Positions 1-12,600 of a DNA stretch of 64,000 nt are shown here, piece after piece (the first letter of the stretch is position 1; the number at the start of each line of letters is the position of its first letter). Origin of the DNA: Phoronis australis (taxonomy: Eukaryota > Animalia > Phoronida); the NCBI GenBank assembly GCA_002633005.1, contig NMRA01000421.1, positions 200,171-264,170 on the forward strand, given 5' to 3'. The translations under genes and the position numbers were made by a program. Below the pieces are notes generated by a model, which was not told the origin of the DNA, searched no databases, and saw only the letters and a program-made list of their open reading frames with translations.

Positions 1-1702
1 GGTAAGTCACTCATGAGCAACGCCTTTTTATCACGTTGATTTCCGCCCCGCAGTCAAGTCAGCAAGATCTGCATACAAGTTAGGCTGTGACAAGCATGTC
101 TGTGTTGCCCTTTTGGAGTGACAGCCTGCAACAGATCGTGATATCCTTCTCCAGTTACGACCAATTACCCCCAAAGTCTCCACGAGATCCAGACACGTTT
201 GCACTGCCTATTGAACCTGTCTGTTTTACTTCTTAGCCGGGTCTTTGTACGCGCGCAGATCTACGGCAATGTTTGCAAGAACGAAGGAAGGATCCTCTGC
301 GAGATCTGCATATTCTTAATGAATGAGATCTGCAAAGTTGTAAAAGCCGCAGCGACGGCCATGTCTACATTCAAATTCATCCCTGAACTGCCTAGAAACA
401 TAATAATACATTTATAGTGTACATAGTAGTGCATGAAGTATAAAGAGGCAAAGCATATCTTTTGGCATACATCAATACTCTTAGTAAAATTTATTGGTCT
501 AAAATTGTAACTTAGTCAAGCTGGAGGTGGTTTCAAAGCTTGAAAAAACTGGCAGTTCGTTACTGGTTAAGACCCGACTCTATAAGTTGCAAACCCAAAA
601 CTCATTTTCATCTTAGGTCCGTAGACCGGCCAGGGGGAAAGGTTCTGCCCCCAGCATATTCGTTACGCATAGGATTTACCAAATCAAAAAAAATGTAGTA
701 GTTATTACTGGTATTACCAGGAAAAGATACGTAATAATTTCAAATTTGGTTCGTATCACTTGGACCGTACCTGGCCAGCTTCGCCAAGTACGTGGCCAGA
801 GTGTGCAAAAGTTGATTAGTTGTTAAAACATTTGATTGTACTGTTTTCAAATGACCTGTTTCAATCACTCACAATCACGATTCTTGAATCTAAAACAACT
901 CATTTTCAAACAGGGACAATATCTGGGGCACAGGGATGATTTATTTGATTTCTGGGTTGCGGCGACTAACGGGCGATTTTAAAATTGGGAAGACTGGATG
1001 TGACTCTCTAACTTGGTGAAGACTGGCAGGGATAGGGTAACGCAAAACATTTATTTCCAACCCGACCATGCACAAATTTACGATTGAGTGGGTGAGATAG
1101 GAGCGCTGCGGATAGGCCTAAACTTTTTGAGTCGCGCTGTGAAATGATGCAGTCTCGACATGGATTTGCTGAATGTATCGTGATTAATAATTCATCCAAT
1201 ATTCCTACTTCGTGTTTTTTTCAAAATGCAAGTACGCATTCATTTTTACGTAATCATAATAAATGCTTTGGAGCCCACTTCATGCTCAAGAAACCCAGAC
1301 GGTTGCATTAATACCTGGGCGTTGTTCTCGGTAAACTAGGTACGCCACTGCATATAAAAATGAGCATTTTTGCATATGGAAGTATAAAAATTACACCTCA
1401 GTCCGAAATTTCGTACATTTTTGAGGGAGTAGTGGACCGTTGGAGTAATAAACCTTCGGAGTAGTGGGCTGTTCTCATTTCCATCGCTATTTAAAAGTAA
1501 CCCGACTATATTTCCGTCCGCGTATGTGATGGGGTATAATCACTCAATTTTAAAGCACGCATGGTTCGAAAGTTTGAGATCCTCATTTCTGGGATTAGGC
1601 ACTATGTAGTTGGAGAACCAGCAGGATTTCATTCACACTTTTGAGTGCAAAAAGTTTGAGTGCGTAATTCTATTGTAAATTACCAACCCTTAAAGGAAAG
1701 GG

Positions 1703-1855
1703 GCGTCTTAAGTTGCATGATTCTGGGCTTTGGCTCCAGTGGGGTCCAAACGAGGACACAAAAATCCATTTAATTAAAATTTCAAGTGCAACATCCGTTT
1801 CAAGTTTATTTCATTATAGTCAGCACTCAAATTAAAATAATGCAACTTAAGACGC
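1703..1855. mobile_element. MITE-like inverted repeat
   Basis: Perfect 16-bp IR GCGTCTTAAGTTGCAT / ATGCAACTTAAGACGC. Confidence 0.55.
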
Positions 1856-2159
1856 GAAAATGCCTGGGGTTATTAATTAAGACATCTACTAATTAACGAC
1901 CAATAACGTAAAATTCCGCCTGATCTCGAGAAAATGGAGCCGTCAAGACTCGTCGTGTATGCGGATTTCCCTTCTGCCAGGTTTTGCCGCGAAAGTGCGC
2001 TCCTGAAAAAATGGCCGACGTTTGCGAAATATGATCAAAAGGACCACCGTTTTACGAATCCGAAAACCTTCCGCGCCATACTGGCTACAGGCCTGCACCT
2101 GAAAAAATAATTTTTATAACGGTAAGTGGTGTAAATGAAAAGTATGTTTGTAACATCAG

Positions 2160-2295
2160 TACTGGTGTTGATTTGGGGATAAACTGGGTTATTGCTACGG
2201 CAGACTGTTGAGCTGCTAACGCCGACAGGTGAGCTGGGTTATTGCTGCGGACGACTGGTGAGCTGGGCTATTGTTACGGCAGACTGGTGAGTTGG
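2160..2295. repeat. Degenerate ~29-bp tandem repeat (CTGGGTTATTGCTACGGCAGACTGGTGAG)
   Basis: About four imperfect copies. Confidence 0.75.
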
Positions 2296-2734
2296 GTTGG
2301 GATTGAATGTCAAGTTCACCCAACAAGTCACTTATTTAGACTAAATAAACCATTTAGATACAAATAAAACATCTAAATAGTTAAAAAACAACAAAAATTC
2401 AAAAAAATTCCAACATTACTCTACAATGTACCATGAGAATGACAATATGCAGTAATTGGTAACACTTGACAGATTGTTAATGTATAAATATTTTCATTCT
2501 AGATAGCTGGCAGTCCATGAAATATTGGCAGCAATGCCGGACACTGTGAAGTTTGGGAAGTAACTTCTTGCAAATGTTAAGCAAAAATGTTAGACAAATT
2601 GGCAAGGAGACACAGTACAAAGGGGCAAGCTCCACGCTGGAACTAGCCAAGCAAAACTGGAACATTACCTTTGACTGGGTGTGAACCAACATTGCTGAAT
2701 AAATCAATAGTTACAATTGGAAAAAGCAGCTGAA

Positions 2735-3225
2735 AACCGTTGATACAGTCAAACACGGCTCATATAGTCGAGCACGGCTCGTACAGTCGAACACAGCTGG
2801 TACAGTTGAACACCGCTGGTTCAGTCGAACAAAACTCCTACAGTCGAACACCGCTCCGGCAAGTCGAACACTGCGGCTTGTACATTTGAACACAGCTCGA
2901 ACAGTTTAACACGGCTCCTACAGTCGAACATGGCTCGTACAGTCCAACATGGCTCCTACAGTCCAACATGGCTCATACAGTCCAACACTACTCGTACAGT
3001 GGAGCACGGCTCGCACAGTCGGGCACGTTCCTACAGTCGAGTACGGCTCATACAGTCGAGCACGGCTCCTACAGTCGAGCACGGCTCATACAGTCGGGCA
3101 CAGCTCCTACAGTCGAGCACGGCTTATACAGTCGAGCACGGCTCATACAGTCGAGCACGGCTCATACAGTCGAGCATGGCTCATACAGTCGAGCACGGCT
3201 CATACAGTCGGCACAGCTCATACAG
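2735..3225. repeat. 19-bp minisatellite (ACAGTCGAGCACGGCTCAT), ~25 copies with a divergence gradient
   Basis: Direct tandem repeats; explains the three overlapping ORFs at 2930-3318. Confidence 0.95.
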
Positions 3226-3458
3226 CCTCATTACACTAGAAGCAACATACACTCTACAACCAAGAAAATGTTGATTTATTTAATTCTGAATCTCCGTAAA
3301 TTTGTTTGCGTACAGTAATTCCACAATTTCATGCTCAAAGTCAAAAGATTTTTGCAATGTCCCACACAGTTGATTTTCAAAAATATTTAGAGGATGGACT
3401 GATTTCAATAAAATCACAGTCATTTAATGAAAACGCTTCAACTAAATCTAGTCCACCA

Positions 3459-3644
3459 TCAAACTTCAGTTATTGTATCAGGCTCATCCCTCTTTTCTTC
3501 TTCGTAATCATCTTTATCAATATCTACTTCTGGTACAGCGTCCTTCGTCTTTGACAGCTTGAGCAGTCTTGGTCCTACTAGGGCGATCGCAGCTGCACCT
3601 ATTGGTGCAGTGATGATGATGACCAAAACAGCTATGGTGAGTAC
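3459..3644 (-). CDS. SLC9B2: SLC9B last coding exon VLTIAVLVIIITAPIGA...DTITEV*
   Basis: CTTCAG acceptor, TGA at 3459-3461; minus-strand AATAAA at 3275-3280. Confidence 0.94.
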   Translation of the reverse strand, partial: VLTIAVLVIIITAPIGAAAIALVGPRLLKLSKTKDAVPEVDIDKDDYEEEKRDEPDTITEV

Positions 3645-6600
3645 CTGAAGAGAAAGCATGGCGTCCAACAAGTTTTCTCTTTAATTAGTTTGAATTGACT
3701 ATGACTTCTAAAAGTATGTTAATGGACATACCAATTTCACAGCAGTTATTATAACATGTTCTCTAAGAATATAAGGTTTATCGTCCAATACTCAACACTG
3801 TACCAGGCATGTTCACCTTAGAAACTAATTTGTCATGAGGATTCTTCAAGGGGTTTGACAAAGAGTCGCACATGCAGAAAGTGATTGCTAAGTTTCCTTG
3901 GAAAAATAACAAATGGTCGCAGATACAGAAAATGATTGCTAAGTTGTCTTGGAAAAATGAAAAATGGGCAAGTCTTATTCTGTCTTGGATCAAATCTTAT
4001 CTGCATAATTTCATAAGGATCATTCATCAAACTTCATAGAAATTGAGCCACAGGGGCACATGAGTGACCAGAATCATCTGATAATCAACATCCCTTATAC
4101 TATCCTCATTAGACACATATGAGTAAAATTCAATAACCACCTCACAGAATTTGCGGCAGACGTCCATCCGAAAATAAATGTCAGCCACGCTTACTTAGGT
4201 TAATAACAAAATAAATCAAAAATTTCATGACCACCCTTCAAACCATTTAGCAGAAGAACTGGACGCCAAAAATGAAACCAAAATACAAAATTACCCCTTT
4301 CATACGTATACAAACATGTCTGCCAAGATTTACAAAAATCCATCGGAAAATGTTTTGGAGATGCAGTTACAATAGATGCCAGACAAATTACCATTTCCCA
4401 TCATGACGGATGGTGAGTTGTCACGACCGGTCACGACCTGTCACGACTGGTCATTCAAACTACTTTGATTGTGGACTCTGCTTGCACTCAGCTTTCATGA
4501 TGGATAATTCCGAGACATTTTGCCCGATTATTTTTAACTGTACAGTACAGCACAGTACAGACAAGGGATGCTTTAATGTCTACAAAGAGATGATAACATG
4601 CATATACAACACAAAATAGAGGTCTTCTGAAAGAACCTAAAATAAAATACAAACCTTCATTCCCAGTTGGATAGCTTCAGGACCAGAATTCTGATTCCTT
4701 GCAGTGTCCAAAGCGACACCACCGATAGCTGCCTAAAAGACATTTTCAAAAAGACCATTAAGATTTTGCAACCCAAATTTTTCCAAAAATCGGTGGTTCA
4801 GTGTTTAAGAAGCAATGTAGAATTAAAATAATTATGCATCGTATTTTCCAGTTGTTCACACTAAAATGTCACTTTCTGAAAATGAAAACATTTTTTACCT
4901 TGGACAGTTTTCTATACCTTGTAAGCTATCTTCCTGGGTTTTGACAAAAAGGGACATAGTTGTTTTTTATAGCAAATACAATTTGTTTACATTTTTAAAC
5001 AAACAGAAACCTTTTCAGCACCATGGAAAATTTTATTATACACCTGTAACCTTTTTATCACTTAACGTTTCGCATTTTTTCGATAACTCTTAGCAGAGTT
5101 TATTAACTCTGGTACAAGAGTGATGCCTGCATGCAACTCGGCTGTCACAAAACTATAATCACAAGCAAAATGGATAACTAATTTGTAAAATTTGTGTGTA
5201 AGGTCAATGCTTGTCTGAAAAGAGGAAGATTGTGCAGTCAAATATTTTGCAAGCACAACGACCTTAAACGATTAATTCATGCTGTCTAAATGCGCTTTAC
5301 GCAGGGAATCAAAATTTTTAGTTTGATTCAGATGGCACATTTCAATTAGGGATGAAAACATTGGTAGGTGCTGACACACCAAAATGAAATCAAAAAACAA
5401 GACATTGAATGTACATATTAACTAAAATTCTTCAGATGTTCAAACTTAGCAATGGATAACAAGAGGATGGGTGTAAAGAACCGACATTGAATGATAAGTA
5501 AATTCAAAGCAAACGACCTAATGAATCTTGGCTTATTTTAATAAATGTCAAAAATTATTTATGTGCTGGCATTCTCAAATTGATAGTTGTAAACTTTTTG
5601 ACATCTTGACTCAGGAAATGGTGTCATTCTGCAATCCTGATACGTGTTCATGGAAAACCTGCAACTAATGGATATTTAACGTGAAATTGTGACTGCTCAT
5701 TACATCAAAGCGTAGACCTAGGTCGGTGTGCTGGTGTAGTGAACTTTGAGACAGGCACCAACATTATACATGACGTAACATTCAGCTGAAAATCAATTTT
5801 TTAAAACTACAAAATATATGTACAGTATATGAACATATCAGTTTTAGTCCAATGCAACGAAAAGCTTGTCAAGATAAGCAGAGTTAACAATGAAAAGAAA
5901 ATAACAGCTTATTATTTAACATGACTTATTCTTATTAAAATGACATAGGCAAAAAATTGAATTTCGGACCTCAAAAGCGAGGCCCCCTATATTAATATAG
6001 GAGGCCCCGCCGAAAGGAGGCCGGAGAGCGGGGCCCCCTATATTAATATAGGCGGCCTCGCTTTTGAGGTCCGAAATTCAATTTTTTGCCTATGTCATTT
6101 TAATAAGAATAAGTCATTTTAAATAATAAGCTGTTAAATGTAATTTCTTCATTCACGGACATTTGGCAACGCCGGACTTCTTTATGCGAGTCATTTGAAC
6201 ATATAACCATACAACTACAGTGATTTAGTAGCAGACTCAAAAATTACTACGCTTTAAAATTCCGCTGCTTTAAAATCTCTGTCCAAGTAAATAATTACCT
6301 TGTTATTTCAAAAAGTGTTTTTCAAATTGCATATTCTTGAGAGCTTAGAGCGAGCCAGCTATATGTACCTGCACAGTGGCTTTAGGGAGCCAGGCGATGG
6401 GGATGAAGAATTGTTCCTTCCAGTTCAGTCCCGCTCCAAAGACAGCCAAGAACGAAGTAATGATGCGGAAGACTAGCCCTATAAACAGGGTGGCTATACC
6501 TAAACCTGCAGAGAAAACATTAAAGTGTTTAATGGTATTGTTGATACTAGTAGTCAGGTTCACTATGTTCAAATTTTGACATTCATTTGAATTTTTTGGG

Positions 6601-9600
6601 GAAAGTGGACACTATACATTTTTGGAAACCTCATGAAATGACGAGTCAGAATATAATTGATTCCATTTTTAGAGGCCATCTTGGATTTCCAAAAATGATG
6701 CCGGTAAAATAAGATTTTGCCCAGTATATCCGCCTTGGGTTACTACGAAAGTTAGTTTTAATGGCTGCACCTGCAGTTCTGAGGTCAATAAATTGGACAT
6801 TTTAATGTTATTGGCAGCCATCTTGGCAGCCATCTTGGAATTTCAACAATGGAGCCTGCAAAATACATCTCTGCTCTTGGATCACTTAGAATGTTTATTT
6901 TTAATGGCTGTACCCACATTTTGTGGGGTAAGGAATTGAAAAACACTATTTCTAAAATGATACATATCATCTAAATGATTTTAATAGCAGCTATAAGCCC
7001 CCAGGATATTTAAAAGAATCACAGAAATGAAAATTAACAAAAAAGACATTTAAGACATATCTTTTGAAGACTTCGATATTATTTCCACTGTTCACTTTGG
7101 AATCCAGCTCTCCTCTACTCAATGGAAAATAAAGCATTTTGCCTTTGACAGTCAGATAATTTTGGCAGTAACCAGGCTGAGGATCAATGACGAGAACAAC
7201 AGGAGTTTTAGCCTGCTCGGCAAATCGACCACAAACATGCTATCAGCAACTAAGAATTCACCCTAACACCAAGAGCAATCTTTGCTGCCAGTGGGGCAAT
7301 GCTGCCATGTACAGTCAAGTCAAATTGAATCCAACTTCTGCACAAACTTTCCGAAGCAGACGTCTTAGAACAGGACAGTCCACAAGCTCCAAGAGAGGTT
7401 TTAGATCCAGAAAACATGTAAACAACATCCACTGAGTGTGTTCACCCAAGCCACAAAACTGCAGGTGTGGATAGTATGGAAGTGATGTTCTAAACTATAG
7501 ATTATGACACTTAGAAGAAAACGACCACGAAAAAGCAGATATATTGCTAATACACTGTACATCATGCAGTTCTGGCATCACATCAAAAGGTCCCTGATTC
7601 TCAGCTGATGTTTTTTTTTCACCTGACATAGACTCATCATTGGCTATTATGACAGGCTTCTCAGAAATACTTCGGTTCCTATGACATCTGGGATTGTGGA
7701 CTTGAATCCAATGAGGACAGTATTAGGTGCTGCCAAGGCAAAGGCTCTTCCTGCTTTCCATGCTTTTACATGGACAGACAACACTGGTCCATTATGTAGG
7801 TTGAATATCTATTTGAAGGCAAGCACTGATGATATCAATGCACTGCAGACTTTTTGTACTTCTTACGAAGTAACAGGTGAACCTCTTTTCACATTAGCCC
7901 CTTTTACATGTACATTATTCAGCACAGGGTATAGACACAAACAGCATCCCAGAGCTGAGATGATACCTTTTCTGTAAACATATGGCTGACAGCGACAAAC
8001 GTCCACCAACCATTGGTGCTTTGAAACAGCATTGTGCTGAGGCCGTTTATTCAAGCCAGAGTGTGGGGCCAGTCAGTCATTGCTCGACAAGAGTTCCTTG
8101 ACCCATTGCAGAATGAATTTACAAGGACAAAGACGACCAGCTGAAACCCACACAACTGAGGAGCTTTCGGCGCCAGAAGCTTTCAATGAGATGGTTAGAT
8201 GCCAGTGCAAAAACGATTGCTCTTCCCAAAGATACTCTTGATGATCAAAGGACCTACCTTACACAGATCTATGTCAGTGTAGTGCAGAATGTCACAATGG
8301 TGATGATGATGTGATTCCTGGTGACATTGATGGCTATAGTAATGATCTATGATTTCAAAGTTTTGAAAGACTATTGACACTACAAAAACATACTTTCATG
8401 TTCTTCAACTGTAAATAAGTTGTTTAGGTACTGGTTTAGTTTAAGTGTCTTGAAGGGAACAAGCTCCGAATAAAATATACAAGAGAGTAAAATAATGATC
8501 ATATGTGTTGGATTACATGAAGAATGCATTTAGAAAATGTGGCTGCTAATAAATGGGGTTTTGATTATGTTTCTCATTTAATAACTAAAGTTGAATTTTC
8601 AGATTTCTTGGCCACAAAAATGTGGGTGCAGCCATTAAAACTAACATGTGATTCTAAGTGACCCAAGAGCAAAGATACTGAGGAAAATGTATTTTACGGG
8701 CGCCATTTTTTAAAAATCCAAGATGGCCACCAAGATGGGCGCCAATAAAATTAAAATTTGCAATTCCTTGACCTGAGAAATGCAGGAGTAGCCATAAAAA
8801 GCAACATTCTAAGTGACCCAACAGAGATATTGGGCAAAATCCATTTTACCGGCGCCATTTTTGAAAATCCAAGATGGCCGCCAAAAAGTGGAATTAATTA
8901 TTTTCTGATTTGTCATTCCATGAGGTTTCCAAAAATGTATAGTTTCCACTTTCCCAAAAAGTTTCGACAAAATTACACAACAAACCTGACTATAGGCATG
9001 TAGAAAAAGTATGAGGCTTTACATCATTCACATGACTGAAGATTATCGAATGATTAATATCTTACAAATTACTTTCAGACAAAAATAGGCCATAAAGCAT
9101 GACTGGTTGCTGGACCAACAAAAGGTTGCAAACTGTCAAGCACATGCGATCTTTCATGGCAAGAGACAATGACTCAAAATAAATTAGCTCACACAGTGAA
9201 ACAATTGCAAATAACTCCTTGTCAAAATCGCCACAGTAATCCAGCTTAAGAAAATTCTTAATGTTCAAATACTGCAAAAGAGGCCCAGACTTCCAAAAAC
9301 TGGCATCATCCAATTAAGGGAACATGAAAACTGATGAGTGCTACACCATCTGGCTTTTAGGTAGGGAACCAGCTATGTGACTAGTATACCTATGGTGCTG
9401 CCATCTAGTGTAGTCAGGTCCACTTCAGCACCAATCAGACCAAACAGTAGTGGTTGAAACAGGATCCACAGTTTACCAACCACATCAGCTACTGGACTCT
9501 GAAAAACACATAACAGAACTTCCAGTTAGTCAAATAATCGAACATTTGAACCTTAAGACACTGCATCTTGTGTAAGAAGTAATAATCTATTTAATTAATG

Positions 9601-12600
9601 GAGCTATGAACCAGGACTTCATCCATTTTTTGATTTAGCATCCGTACCTTTAAAATTCTGGTCTTAAGTTTCCTTTACTAAGATTAGAGGTAAATTCCTA
9701 AGCCAGGAAAGTTCAATATTACTAAAGAACGGGCCCTGTAAGTTGGCTTGTTGTAGCTGGCCATTTTAGACTCTGAGCATGTTCTTATATCACGTCTCGC
9801 GAACCGAAAGTTTTTTCCAGTTCACTAACCACTCATCTGAGAAAGGAACAAGACAGTGAACACCTAGTGTGAAATAAACATGTATCTTCCTTCCCAGGTG
9901 TGCCACATTCCTAATAATGTTGGTCAAAACCCAATATTTACAAATTGGTAATCATATGTTGACTACAATTATGCAGATTTCTGGAAACATCATGGCCATA
10001 TTAAACCTTTGTGTTCTTTTACCACACTTGTGCAAAGAGTTGAAAGTCATCTTATCAAGTCATCATTTTGCTGTCAAAAGCTAACTGCTTTGTCCCCTTG
10101 CCACCCTACAGCACCTAGTGACAAAATTATGCAACTGTCAATGTTGTGAATGGTGCATAACTGACTGGTTGTTTTACTTTTCACTGAAAAATCCCATCTG
10201 GTCATGAACCATACCTCATCATTGGTCCAGCCTTCTGATCTCCAACGGAAGGCGGACACAAATGCCATAGTGAGCACACCCAGGGCACCAGCCCCAGGAA
10301 AGCCAGCGGCATTACTACCAAACATGACAAACAAACCTCCACCTAGGAAGAGCAGGGTGCGAAACAACACCAGGTTAGACTGAAAAGACAGAAAACAAAG
10401 ATTACAAATGTTTTCCGGGCCCCATTGTCTCAACAAAATGTTCAAAATAAATTGGACAGACTTAAGACAGAACTACGTCAGACTCTGGTAAACTATGACA
10501 AGCATTTTGTCAAAATTATTTCGCTGTTTAGAAGACCTTGTGTCATAGTAAAATGGCGCTTTGTCTAAGCTTAGTCAGAGTTTAATATTACTTTATTGTG
10601 CTTAGCTCCTAATTGTTTATTTGAGAATGGCCTTGCACAGCAAGTTGTCGCAATTTTTGAGAAAGTGCGTGAACTAAAACCCGATGAGATTTTGTCAAGA
10701 TTTAGCCAGCACTAAAACAGAACTGATTCAAAATAAACAGAAAAGAATATTTAGTCAAATTTTTGTGTTGAATTTGAATTCGAAGTTGTCCATTTTATTT
10801 TGGAAATACTACAGCTGATTAGCAGTAAAAAACAACTACAGTTACAATCTTTAGGTCTATACAGCCATCAGGTTATCACATTCTCACCAAGGCGGGTGGT
10901 TCAAATAACTGACACAAAAAGGAGATCTTACAACACATTTGTAGACAAAGGAAATTATGCTGTGAGCTGTTACTGCATAAATCTGATGCTAATCAGAAAC
11001 ACTTACGTGCTTCCGATGAGGAATGTACCAGAGAAAGATTCCATAGACGATGCCAAACGTCACTCCCATTAGAGCCTCGAGGGGACCCCTGGCTATGGCC
11101 AGGGCTAAATCACCTGAAACACACGTTTTTATGGAGTGCATCAACACATGTGATTTCTACTACGGTAAATTTAAGTGGAAAGGAAATAATTGTAATTCCG
11201 TCATTTTACAAAAAGAAATATTCTACCATATTAAAGAAACAACACAACACAAAATTACACAAACATGCGTGTCATGCGTGTGCAACATGTAATGCGTGTA
11301 CAACATGTCTTTATGTCTTCAATTAAACAATAAACAACATCACGGATGGGTAAAGTTCTCTCAAGTAACACTAAGCAACTTCCTACCTGTTGAGAAAGTG
11401 ATGCCTAATACGACACCAAACCCACTAATGGCCAACACATCATCAATGCTGGCTGCAGCGATCACCAGAGTGGGTATCCCTTGGTCAGTACCATAACCTC
11501 GGTCTTGTAGAGACAACAAGCTGGGCACCACGACGGCAGGAGAGACAGCTGCCAGAACAAATCTGAAAATTAGTAATTGGGTAAGCAAGTTAATAAAAAT
11601 CATTTTGGCATACGCCTGTTTTGTTCACAAAAATTCAATGTGTGCCTCCAATTTGGCATGAAACAAACAGAAATCTAAAATGTGATGATTAATAAACACA
11701 GTCCAAGTTTTCAACTGGGCTATCACACCCTTTGGTTTCACTGTTAGTATCAATAATTACTACACAGAAATGATTTGAAATTATAATAACAAATGAAATT
11801 ATTAACATTATAGGGCTCAAAACTGGTTTAGGAAGTTCAATAATTTCAGAAAAATTTAGCTCAGTCATTAAGACTGTCAGTTCAGTATTACTCACCCTAA
11901 CATGAATCCCCACTCCCAGGGAAAGCCCATCAGTAGGTTAGTAGTAACTGCCACGGTGATGCACTCCACAATGCAGGGTAAGAAGGCTAGTCTAACCACA
12001 ACACAGGAGAGCTTCTTCAGCGCTTTAGGATCAAGTCCCAGGCCAGCTCGAAGTAGGATAACAACAAGGGCGATGGTTCTGCAATTGTGTCATAATTCTT
12101 GAAATAATTCCAAGTTTTTGATGGCCATACTAGTTCATGCGTTACTGTATTCAGATGTAAACAGCTAGTATACCTATGATAGCCTTTCCTTTACCATTTG
12201 AGAGTCCTTGCCAAACATCTAGAAGCCACAAATCTCAGTTACCCATGAAGCAAGTACGGTAATTGCATGCAGCAGGAAAAATCATTTTAAAGCACACATT
12301 ACATCCAAACTGAAGCATAACGGCTTACATTTACAAACAATACTTCTCAGGCCAGGACATACACATCTGGCAGTGCAGAATGAATATTTCTCACGACCCT
12401 AAACTACAAAAAAAACTCGAGGCCCTGAGTTTGAGCTGCTCTACCCCAGTCGTCACATATTTTCATCCTACCGTCACAATTTTTACCAAGGAGTGTCTCC
12501 CGTGGTTACAAGGTGAGGGACTCTAGTAAGTGCAGTTGCATAAACTAGACCTTTGTTTTAATTCTAGCTTAATGGAAAGTCAACAACAAGCCTTGGAGAA

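Noticed and set aside
1-420. Donor-like GGTAAGT at position 1 and a GC-richer region with repeated AGATCT, plus a 72-aa ORF
   Set aside because: No upstream context, no recognisable product, no downstream plus-strand exons found
2930-3318. Three overlapping repetitive ORFs; CRISPR-like appearance
   Set aside because: Artefact of a 19-bp tandem repeat with no unique spacers and no cas genes in a eukaryotic context
7681-7977. 98-aa ORF as a host gene
   Set aside because: Frameshifted remnant inside the Academ element
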